64,000 nt of DNA, from assembly GCA_040954595.2 (NCBI GenBank), contig CM082583.2:9534254-9598253 (forward strand), written 5' to 3'. The DNA is from Balanoglossus misakiensis (taxonomy: Eukaryota > Animalia > Hemichordata). The translations under genes and the position numbers were made by a program. The notes under the pieces were generated by a model. That model had not been told where the DNA came from. It ran no database searches and worked only from the letters and a program-made list of their open reading frames with translations. Positions 26,189 through 37,300 of the stretch are shown here, piece after piece (position 1 is the stretch's first letter; every line of letters starts with the position of its first letter).

Positions 26189-28244
26189 CTAAGGGCAAAC
26201 TTGGCTGGTTCCCAGTTCTGCATTGGCTGACATGTCCAGATTGTGAACATCCCAAGCGAACACGTCTCCTGCCGCTGAACAGTTGCTCATCACGGCCGCC
26301 ACCTCTTCCTCAGACAGAAGCCTGGACCACATGTTGAACTGGGTGATGCCCCCGACGAATGCCTGCGTCTCGTCGTAGCCCCCTCTCTGGCTGTCCTGCT
26401 CTTGGCCCAGCACCAGCGTCCCGCCGGTCCTCACGATCCGACCGACTGCCACGCCACTCCCGCCGCGGTGCAGCTTGCCGTCGTGGTAGAGCGCCCAGTC
26501 TCCGTTGGCGGAGGACCACGTCACGCACAGGTGATGCCAGTCACCGTCGTCCACCGCCAAGTATGTCGATACTTTCCTTCCGCGGATGCTGAGATTTAAA
26601 GAGGCTATGTTGTGCACGACCAACTCGTTACACGTACCCCCTCTGACGCAGTAGGACACTAGTGTCGCATCGGCCGGCGATGAGTCGGCTTTCGCCCAGA
26701 GACAAATGCTTAGAACCGCCATGTCGGGGATGAGTGTTAGCACACCGACATCCGTCTTATTCGTCAGTAAATAAAGGGTGTTATCATCATCAGCTGTTGA
26801 AGAGAGGAGAGTGAACAGATGATGCATGATTTGTAAAATATCACAGATAATAATAACTTTTCAAATGAAGCTGGGTTTAGATGTTTCTATGGGAGCCAAA
26901 ACTGACTGCTGGTTCTTGTAGGCAAACCTCTTCCAGGGAATATCTTTTTCCTAGACGGTCGGAAATCTGGTTTTAATTTAAAATTATTCAAACTACAAGT
27001 TATATTTTGTTTGCTCGAGAACAGGCCTACTTACCGCACAGTTCATCAGACCCGTCTCCACAATCATTTTCACCATCACATTGCCATGGCGTTGGAATAC
27101 AATTATCATTGTGGCATGTGAATTCATTGACTGTACAATTTGTTGGTTGGCACTGCAGTTCATCTGACCCGTCATCACAGTCGTCGTAGGAATCACACAC
27201 CCAACTCTGTTCTACACAGTTTCCATTTTCACAGGTGTACTCTTCGGCCGAGCATTTTGAATGATCTAGATGAGAAATTAAAAGCCGCGTGTTATCATTT
27301 CTGAGAGGGAAAACATAATGTCTTTCCTATTGCAATCTTTTTTGAATAGATAATTATGCTGTTCAGTGCAGAAATACGCTTCTCAAATTATTATTTTATG
27401 ATGTGTTATAGCATATCATGTATAGCATGATATCATCGCTGCACGTGAGCATATTCGGGTGACATCTGGTCAAAGTACATGTGACAGTGTACATTTTGAG
27501 AATCGGTGTGTTGAGCTAAAGGCATCATTTGGGCACTACAAAATTTCCCCGTCTGAAGATGGATTTCGTACAGACATGTCCCGGGGGTACCGCACATATG
27601 GAAGTGAATGATCTTTTCTCGAGAGCGTCTGTGCCCGCAGTCGACGTACCACCTGTTTCGTGCGAATAGTTTGCCAAAGTTCCTGCGCTTGTTAGATTTT
27701 CAGGTGAGGCATAGAACGTGGAAAATCCCTGTGAATGATTCCCATCAGTTGGTAGCGATGTAAATTCTTTTCTTTCCCCGTTTCCAAAATCGCGCCCGCT
27801 TCATTATCCAGTGATTTTGCTGAAAACGAGTATCAAACCATGTTCACTATAGCGGCCCACCCCACGTATACATGTATGCTATAATTTTCTCAGGGGAAAT
27901 CAGGCATTTTTGGTATATTTTGCTTTAGCAGGTAGAATGTTTTAAAAGCATGAACCAGATGTGTACACAATATGTTCCCGTGCACGTGTAATGGTCTGTG
28001 GATATGGACCAGTTTAGACTTTACATTACGGTCGAAAAGTTTCAACACGTTTTGGCGCAGTAGTCATACAAATACATCCCTTATTTCAAAAGAGAATTCA
28101 ACAGGCAAATAAGAGAAAAGAAATGAAATCCAACCTCTGCAACCCACCTTTTCCAAGATTCAGAAAATAGAAACCAACTCCGAGACATAATGATAACACC
28201 ACGGAGAGAAGAAGACAGGTTGAAATCTTGCGGACGTGTCGCAT
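26189..28244 (-). CDS. Secreted or signal-anchored protein with two LDL-receptor class A repeats and a C-terminal pentraxin domain
   Basis: Exon 28244-28148 gives MRHVRKISTCLLLSVVLSLCLGVGFYFL. Exon 27265-27035 gives CSAEEYTCENGNCVEQSWVCDSYDDCDDGSDELQC and CTVNEFTCHNDNCIPTPWQCDGENDCGDGSDELC. Exon 26793-26189 has the pentraxin signature WHHLCVTWSS and LVLGQEQDS. Both introns are phase 1. Confidence 0.9.
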
Positions 28245-29628
28245 CCTAGCTCTCAGTCACTGCACTGTTATCTCTGCTTTTGAAATTGTCGAAGGAACTC
28301 CGTGTGTGTTCTGAGTCTTTTGCCCAGATGAGATGTGCATTCGATGTCCACTCTAAATATATGAGGGGAGAAGATGAAAGAGCCTTCATTTACTTTAAGG
28401 GGTGGGCCAGGGGAAATGGGAAGGGTCGCATTTTAGAAAGGGATGCTGCTCTTTATACATGATTGACCGTCTCCAATCCTCCGCTGCCCACCCCTCTCAT
28501 AATAATTGAAAGCCCCCTTACATCGATTCAACGCCAGCAGCCACTTCGTTGTCGGCGCCTTTTTTGTCAGTCGATTTCAAATGTCAGATGTGGACTGAAT
28601 ACGCCCCCTGTTTGGAATGTTCAGTATCGTTGGATATTTGCAGGTGTGCATTGAAACAGTGACTGCACGTTGTGTATGGCTGACTGGTGCAGTCAAAGTT
28701 GACAAATCCAGGCTTACGCAGAGTTTAAAAAGTTAAATTTTATTCCCAGTGTTTTCCAAACAATATTGTGGTGTTGCGCACACGATGTATTTGTTAAATT
28801 TTGGCCTGACATTTTCCCGCGATGGTTGCTATATCAACCGAACTCTTTTGCAGCCTATCCCAGATCGAGCGAAAGGTACTCGAATCAGTACAGAACACAA
28901 AACGGTGGCGAAACTGAGGTGTCACGTGAGCGCTTGCATAACAAAGCAGGGCATTACGTGTGGAATTTCAGAGTATCTTTTGTTCGTCCGTCAGTAGAAT
29001 TCTATACCAGGTGTATGTCTGAATAAGTCTCTGGCAGAACATCAACTGTTTGCAGGTTGTCTCCAGTGTACATTGCAGTTGTAGTTTGGACATATACGTA
29101 CCACCATCGATTTGTTTTCACGGGTTAAGCTCTAACAAAGGAGTGAATCAGTAAGTACGGTTTCATATTTTTCCCCTTCGGTTCACGATTGTAAAAGTTC
29201 ATGAAAGTTCGTGAATCTAAACATGACAGACGTAAAAATCAAGAAAGTTACTTCCGAACGCAATAGATAAGTTTAACCGTCACCTGTTTAGGTATCTGAA
29301 TCAGATTTCTACCTCGTCATGATGTCTGTCATATGGCTAGAAAAAACTGTGTTTTCTGCAGACCTTGAATCACTTAGAAAACAAGCTGAGACAATAAAGA
29401 GACTGCGTAACAATGGTCAGCTTGTGATAACGGGAGCAAAGGTATTGTTAAGGGCCCCAAGCACTACAACGAAAGCTATACAGAAGGATTATAGTCATAT
29501 GGCAAAATGCCAGAATTGCAGTAAATTGAAACATTGAAATGGCAAAAAAAAAATACGGTAACAGCGAAGTTCTTATTTCCCCCTGTTCAGTTATACACAG
29601 ATTTGTCCAAACTGACACTTCGGATCAA

Positions 29629-31701
29629 ATGTCTCGTTGCGAAGGTGATGACGAAATTTTGAATCACTACGAAAATCCGCCTCCCCAAGAAACTCGGCCT
29701 TCGGGAAAAGATGAAGATGCGACGAAGCTTGTACATCGCGGGCGGCGCGTTAAACTCCAACCAATCAGCAGCTCAGCTGAAGTCTCCAGTTCCCCAAATA
29801 CTCGCCAAATCGACAGAGACGACAAGGCAGTTGATGGAGATCTCCCTGGCAGAGTGCATGGCGATAATGACGATGATGAAGGTCTTCAGGTTGGTGTTAC
29901 CAAGGAGACGCTCGGTATTCATCACGACGGAAATGCCAGTGCACATGAAAGTGACGACCAGAACGTAGAAGCACCCGCACCATCAGAAAACGCGGAACAA
30001 GAAGATGTGGAATTCATGGGATATGAAATTCCAGATAAGTTGACCTTCTATGAAGCAATGAAACCGATGATTTGGTCCATGAAGCTGTTTGGCATATGGC
30101 ACTGCGAATCGATTGAGCCAGGGTTGCTGCGAAAGAACACAACCGGCCCGAAAAGATGGTACAAAAAGCTCTCCGGTATGCGCGCTTACTGTTTATTTGT
30201 AATATTTGTCCTGTGGGTAAACTTCTTGCGTTACATACCCGCTTTCTGGTTCGGGCAAGACAAGTCCATGCGGAAGGAATTACTGTTCTTCAAAGTCACG
30301 TATATCGCGTTCACTCTGCAGTGCGCCGCCAACGCCTCTCTCATGTTTTTCGGAACAGAGACTAGAAACAGGTTGCCACGTTTCTTCCATCACTGGGAAG
30401 ACCGAATACAGTCGTCCACCGAAAGCATGGTGGACCTGACGTACGTCCGTAGACGTTCCGTGATATTCGCCGTCTGCGGCGCGTTGTTTATCGCCCTGCA
30501 CTTCGTCTACAGGGTGTTCGGTGTTTTCGGGCCGGTCGAGTCGATCAAAAACTCCACCGCTGTCTTCGCCGCCCCGTTTCCGGACAGCACTGGTGTGCAG
30601 CTATTCATCCTCATCATCGACGTCTTCGAGTGCGCATCATGGGTCTACCCAATATGCTTCTACGTCCTCGTGTGCCTGGTCATCCGTACCCAGTTCGAAA
30701 GATTCGACAAGCGGCTGGACCATGCCGTCGTCCGGGCCTGCGAGAAAGGCGGCGGTCTCCCGGCCAATTTCGAAGAACTCCGCTACCAACACCAAGAGCT
30801 GTGCGTTGCTGTGAGCAACTCAAACCAGGGACTGCTCACTTACACCAACGCCGTAGCCTATGCCACCATGTTACCATTGGTTTGCTTTCTTCTCTACCAA
30901 TTAATCATCTCCGGAACTGATCGAAGTAACATTTCCGCTCAACTTATGTACGTAATTTGGTTGGTATCCATATTTATCAATGTGGCAGTGGTATCTTGGA
31001 TCGCAGCTATCGTTAACAGTCGGGTAAGAGAGATTTGAAAAAAATATCTATCTGTCTTAACTTCTAGCAATGCCTCTGTCTGAAGTAATAATATGGTATA
31101 CTTAACTATTTCAGGCTCACGCCCCTTTGAACAAGACGTTCAATATCATTGTCAAAGATGCAACCGACGAAGAACTTTTAGTGGTAAGAAATTATGTCAC
31201 TTAATATTTATACGGCATTGCAATTGTTTGTGACTTATTCAAAATATGCGGTTATTGAATTCTGTTTACAAAGAAGTAACTAAAGCATACTCGTTTCCAT
31301 CTCTTTGTTCGCCAGATGAAAATGTTCACCTCACGACTGAACGGAACAGCTGTTGGCTACACCATATTTGATTTGGTTACTCTAACAAAACCCTTCATTC
31401 TAACGGTAATGCAGTCAGACGTTTGAGAGGTCACAAACGTACATTTGCGACATACAGCGTCTCAAAGATGATAGTAAAATATGTAGCCTAATACCCTGTT
31501 TCTTAATTGATCTGAATAGAGTCAGTGGGAATATCACATCGGTCCCCAATTTCACCAATTTTATTTCCAGTACTGTTTCTTGATTTATAATAGTTCTGAT
31601 CTCACTTTAAATTAAACTTATATCAACACTTTTCTTGTTTATCTTTACAGATGGCCGGTCTAGGAGTCACGTATTTCGCTCTTCTTGCAGAATTTGATTA
31701 A
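29629..31701 (+). CDS. Gustatory receptor-like (GRL / 7TMIC, 7tm_7 family) protein
   Basis: Exons 29629(or 29539)-31023, 31115-31183, 31316-31405, 31651-31701. Acidic N-terminus and multiple TM helices. C-terminal MFTSRLNGTAVGYTIFDLVTLTKPFILTMAGLGVTYFALLAEFD carries a TYhhhhh(Q/E)F motif. Three phase-0 introns near the 3' end are typical of the Gr superfamily. Confidence 0.88.
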
Positions 31702-31921
31702 CACGTCTGACGATGCGGCGAGGGATACAGTCGCCCCAAAGTTACATATTTACTCTCCCATATTGATTTAGGGCGTGTATAATCATTCGAATACCATGTG
31801 CTGGCGGACTTTTTCGTGTGGTTATCCTAGTAATTTGTCTGGTTGCTAAATCCTCACTTTCCATGGTAATTTGGGCTAAATTGCATACATGTACCTGGTG
31901 ACTATTTCATCCTCAGTTCAT

Positions 31922-33517
31922 CTATAGGTACCATTTATATCCATCTGTTTGCATCACCAATCTGACAACGCAGAAAAACATTCTCCACCATCGAACCGTC
32001 CGCATGTCGACTTCGCATTCTGGGAACGACCTCTCGGCGATGAAGTTGCTGTACAGGGTGAGGTTTAAGGTCACCGGCTGGAAGCTGCGCTCACGTATCA
32101 GCTCGTCCAGGCAGTCGAGGGCCAGGGGATCGCTCTCGGTGTAAAATTTGTTCGCGAACAGTTGCGGTTGTTGCAACAGTAAGGGCATGTCGCGTGAACC
32201 TAGGATACATATGTCGCGCACATATTCTCCGTGGCAGGTTGATAGATTTTTACCCCTCATGTGATTCCACATCTTTGCGCGGGCAAGGTAGAGAGAGTTG
32301 GCTGGAAACCCACCAGGTGCGTCGGGCACCCGGTTCAGCGTGGCGTAGAAGTACTCGCTTGGGCTCTGCGTGTCTGCAAGCCACTCGTATAAGTCCATAC
32401 CCTCTTTGAAAATATACTCCACAAAACGCCTGCTGAGAACCGAATGAAACTCCCCTTTGTAGATCGGTACCTTCCCCGGTGGTGGATCTTTTCTATACAT
32501 CGTTCGTTTGATTTTGCCGTCTTCAATGATGTGCACCAGGTCCTGTCGATACTTTTGAAGATTTTCGGTCGTAGTAACGTCGTTGCTGCCGTTGTAGGTT
32601 CGCAAGATCTGAACGATTTCTAAGTTTGTCTTTAGCGGGAATTCCTGTCCGGCCAGATTCAGATAATACCGCCACCTGTTGCTTCTTCGCAGTAAATCTC
32701 TCATGCAGACCATTTCTGCGGTCACCTGGTCGATCGATTGATAAATCACGTTTACCTTTTCCGATGCGATGAAGACGTTTGGGAAACAATTGGCGATCGC
32801 ATCCATTGCTGCATGCAAGTCTGTCGAGGACTTTTTATCAACGTGAATGCAATACAGGTTCTGTGGTCTGTAAATGGCCCGTAACAGCTGTTCCACCTGG
32901 TGAGCGGATTTGTACATTAAAATAGCATATGCTAATGGGAAGTCTGCCTCTGTGTATGAAAGTGGCTTCAAAATATAACCTCTGTTATATATGAAATCTG
33001 TGCAGTTTCTAGTGATATTTAGAAACGCCGTGTCCGGCAAAATTTTCGCGGTTCTCTGCTTGTTCTCCCTTGCGAGTGTTGAATCTCGAATTCTTCCCCT
33101 AAAAACGTCGACGCACACATCAGACATACCGTTCGGCAAAACCGGCCGTTCCCCTGACAAATCCCTGTTGCTTGTCTCCGTGGTGACGCTGTCTGTGTTG
33201 TTCGCAAGTCCCGTGTCATGCCTTGCTTCATCCCCAACAAGCGACGTATTCATCTCCCTCTTGCTACTAGGGCTTTGCGTCTCAACAGAACGATTTGCAG
33301 TCGACATCTCACCGTCCTGTTTCTCAGATCTTCTCCTCTGGCCCATTGCCACTCGTTTAGCCATTTGGATCTGTTCCTCCTTTTCTGTTGTCACGAAGTT
33401 CAAATAAACGATGCTCAGGGCAACATAAAGCACTGTCATGAAGAACAAAACACGTAAGATATTCATCCTCTGCTTTGAGCTCAGACATCTCCTCCTGATA
33501 TTTGCTCGATGTCGCAT
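31922..33517 (-). CDS. Beta-1,6-N-acetylglucosaminyltransferase (core-2/I-branching, GT14, GCNT-like), single coding exon
   Basis: 531-aa ORF with type II TM and stem, then EADFPLAYAILMYK, LLRAIYRPQNLYCIHVDKKS, WRYYLNLAGQEFPLKTNLEIV, CHGEYVRDICILG and LFANKF. Confidence 0.93.
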   Translation of the reverse strand: MRHRANIRRRCLSSKQRMNILRVLFFMTVLYVALSIVYLNFVTTEKEEQIQMAKRVAMGQRRRSEKQDGEMSTANRSVETQSPSSKREMNTSLVGDEARHDTGLANNTDSVTTETSNRDLSGERPVLPNGMSDVCVDVFRGRIRDSTLARENKQRTAKILPDTAFLNITRNCTDFIYNRGYILKPLSYTEADFPLAYAILMYKSAHQVEQLLRAIYRPQNLYCIHVDKKSSTDLHAAMDAIANCFPNVFIASEKVNVIYQSIDQVTAEMVCMRDLLRRSNRWRYYLNLAGQEFPLKTNLEIVQILRTYNGSNDVTTTENLQKYRQDLVHIIEDGKIKRTMYRKDPPPGKVPIYKGEFHSVLSRRFVEYIFKEGMDLYEWLADTQSPSEYFYATLNRVPDAPGGFPANSLYLARAKMWNHMRGKNLSTCHGEYVRDICILGSRDMPLLLQQPQLFANKFYTESDPLALDCLDELIRERSFQPVTLNLTLYSNFIAERSFPECEVDMRTVRWWRMFFCVVRLVMQTDGYKWYL

Positions 33518-33953
33518 TTGGGAGAGCTCCCAAAGTCACCAAGGGCTAATTCATGATTCCATTTGTGCCTTTGATGATGGTTAATACTTAGTAGGTCCAT
33601 GCACGCAGTGTTTGTTCCACGTCAACGCTGTGACCGAGTTTTATACCTTGTTCGTCAATTTTCTGTGAAAGAACTGATATCAGTACAGCTGTGACAGTTG
33701 CTTAGCAACATGTCACAAGCTGTCACATTGAAAACGGAATATATTACATTAGTGATCTTAGTTGTGAAATAAACTTTTAAACTCTAGGTGTACTGAACCA
33801 AACTTTTATATTGTATTTATTTGGCGTGTCTACATTCTTCAAATGCCAAACTAGATAAATTTGCAAATCCTATTCATAAATTGTTTTTAACATGATAATT
33901 AACTTACTAAATTTTAGGAAATTGTGTTGTATTTCCAAGGCAACCATCACGAA

Positions 33954-34024
33954 GCATCGGTGGTTCAGTGGTAGAATTCTCGCCTGCCACGCGGGAGGCC
34001 CGGGTTCGATTCCCGGCCGATGCA
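33954..34024 (+). tRNA. tRNA-Gly (anticodon GCC)
   Basis: GCATCGGTGGTTCAGTGGTAGAATTCTCGCCTGCCACGCGGGAGGCCCGGGTTCGATTCCCGGCCGATGCA: acceptor stem GCATCGG/CCGATGC, A and B boxes, and a downstream T-run terminator. Confidence 0.98.
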
Positions 34025-34346
34025 AGTTATATTTTTGTTTCTTTCTGATATATATGAATCCTGTTATACGAGAACTTTTTTTTACTGTTCTGGGCCTTTA
34101 TTCAGAAACTACTAGTATATTTTAATCACACGGTCGTGTCATTCCTGTCATACCGTTCTTAAACTTGAGCTCCGAAATAAAAACGTACGATTATCTTTTG
34201 CGTAATGCATAATGCCGGCGGCGGCGCTCTTTACATTCCCACAGTTCAATTTTACTTCCGGGGCACGCATGGGACAGACGAAAACTTGAAAAACTGGCTG
34301 TAGATATTTGTCGTGTTCTGGAAGTTATTCATCGTTCAAAGCAAAG

Positions 34347-37300
34347 ATGTGGTTTGATGAAGTCAGTGAAGTTTACGAAATGTTCAGGGGGAGTTTCCCC
34401 TTGTCGTTTCTCTTTTTCGTGCCAGTTTTCATCCTGATATCACCGGCGTGCGTTCCCGTGGTGGACGCTGCACACGAGTTCACTGCATATCGCATGCAAC
34501 AATACGATTTACACGGGTCACCGTACGGTAAGTTCTTTACCTTTGATTTTAAAATATGGTGGTAGATAACATTGTCATTCGATTAGGAAGTTCTGTTGCG
34601 TGAGAATGGTTTCATGACGTGGATCAGACAAGGTTGTTTGAGTCAAGGGGAAAGTCATCCCATCTATATTCCATTATTACAATCCAATCTAATCCATTTC
34701 ATTGTGTTGGTGATTATACATTCATGTACATGTACATGTACATGTATTGTCTCGTTCAGACGGCGCGGTACAGCATTTTGTGGATCCATGAGGCATTACC
34801 GATACAGAAAACATTTTTTTTATTTCATATCTCCCATTTCTGGAAAATGTATAGGGCTGAAACGTGCCAGCATTTGCAACTGAGCAATTAATTAATATCG
34901 ACCCCTTCCTTTTTATTTTGAGGAGACAATAAATTTATTGCACTGTTATGCAAATTAGTCAATAATTTATCAATAATTCCACAGGAGAATAATGAAATAT
35001 ACCTGATCCATCTTGTATGATTTATTTGCTGGAGATTTTATGTCTGCTGTGCTGCAGCCAAAGCCGGTTAAATTGAAATTGCAAAATAAGATCTGTTACG
35101 TATGTCCATCACGAAATATAAGAAAGAAACATGGAGCAAATCAAACCTCCCAAGAGAATGTGCAAGTGAATACAGAATCTATTTTTAGGAAATGTACCAC
35201 TAGAGTATTAACAGTGACGAGTGGTAAGTGGTCTCTCTGGGGAAACAGAGACTTTCCCGGAATACCAATCATGAAAGGAGTACACTCTGGAATCCGGAAT
35301 ATACTGTTCTGGAATATTAGATTTCTCTTGCTGAATAGGAAAACCCAGAGACAATCTTATTTAGATTGTGAGCTGAAATTGTATGATTCTTCCTGATTTT
35401 GTCATGAAAATGTGATGTATATATTACAATTTTAACTCTTTCTATCAAAGGATGCCGCAATGCCATTGTCAACATGGAAGCCAGACCCCTGGACTCTGCT
35501 GTGGCGACCCGGAGGTGTGTTATATCTCGACTGACTGAACTGACCATCGACCGGTATAGGGAATTACTGGAGCAGTCAGCTGGGGCCATACTCATCCTGA
35601 TCCCAGACAGTTTAAGTTCACTCTCACAGTCTGAGCTTGAGGTCAGTTGATATCCTGTCATGTTTTTGTTCACTCAGGACATGGGTCAGTTCCTTCCACT
35701 TGTTAATGTTAGTTTGGTTGAAGGTGTTAAAACATGTTGCCGTACACATCTGGCTGGCAACCCCTGACCTTATTTCTGTACTTCTGCACACTTCTTAGCA
35801 GAACTGGTTGGAATTGGAACCACAGCTGCTGTCCGAGCAGACCAATGTTCCAGTCTATTTTGCCCATGAGGACGACAATTTGTTGGAAATCTACGACTCC
35901 ATTCAGGGTGCAGTGAACAGTGACCAGGCAGCATCAGCAGCTGAAGGTTAGTTTTGTGGCTGCACATTAGGAGCAGTTCACGTATTGTTTTGGCTGCTTT
36001 TCATTAATATGTAAGGTAGACAAACGTAAGCAGCGTACACATGTGATCAGTTGTATGTTCAAATTGGGATTTGTATTTCTGTTGTAGCATTATTGGGTGC
36101 CGTGTATGCAAATGGTTTCCAAATGGTGGTCAATGGTCCACAGGCGAAAGCTGTCAAAGATATGCCAATAGTCAGCATTCAGGTGAGTGTTTGTTTGAGT
36201 ATTCATGAGATGCTGGTAGGTGGTTTTCTACCTGTGGATGTTTGACTTTTCTACTGTCTATGATTTTTCGAAATAAAAAGTGTAAAGTTTTGTTCTGTAT
36301 TTTCTTGATTTTCTACCTTACAGGGTAAGCTGTCAGGGCACGGAATAGAAGATCAACTGCCAACGCTTGCAATAGTGACACACTATGACACATTTGGTGT
36401 TGCTCCTGTAAGTCAATAACTCATAACTGTATAATATCAATTTTACTTGTTGTTCTTTGAATGCACTGTGAAAATGAAAGTGTTTAACACGGACATGAGA
36501 GTCATGTCAAACTCCACGTGGAAAGATTTCATAAACATGTTTCCTCACTCTCATTCCATCTTGACAGCATTTATCTTTTGGTGCTGACTCTAATGGCAGC
36601 GGTGTAGTGGCGATGCTGGAAATGGCCAGACTTTTCTCCAAGTTGTTCACCAGCTCCAGAACTCATGCAAAGTATCCTTTTCTTGTACAAAGTCACCCTG
36701 GCAACCAGATACTTAAATATTCAAATTAAAGCTTTTCACTGGTGGATGAAGTGTTTTTAGCTGCCCTTTTTGCGAAATCTAACATGGTTTCTTTCCTTAG
36801 CCAAAAAGATTTAATTTACTTTTCCTACTTTCTGGTGGCGGTAAATATAATTACCAAGGAACAAAGAAGTGGATTGAAGATAATGTTGAAACAGCTGGTA
36901 CGTAATCGTCTTATTCACAGTCAGTTTTCACAGATTTCCAGATTAGACTGGACTAGGTTGGTTTAGACAGGTTTCATTCTTGTTACCTACCACATGTACC
37001 TTTTGTCGAACACACATTGAATATGGCAACTGTACAGACATCACACCTTGTACTTCTGCGTTTCTTTCTAGATTCTAGTTTACTGTCAGATGTTACGTAT
37101 GTGCTATGTCTGGATACAGTTGGTTCAGGCGAAGAGTTGTATTTCCATGTGTCAAAACCCCCAAAACAAGGATCAGCACCTTATGTAGTCATAGAAGTAA
37201 GTTGACCCACATTTCTCAGTTCTGTATATACATAGTGTATGTATGTATGTACGTACATATGTACACTTGTAAAGATACATACATACCCATATACCCATTG

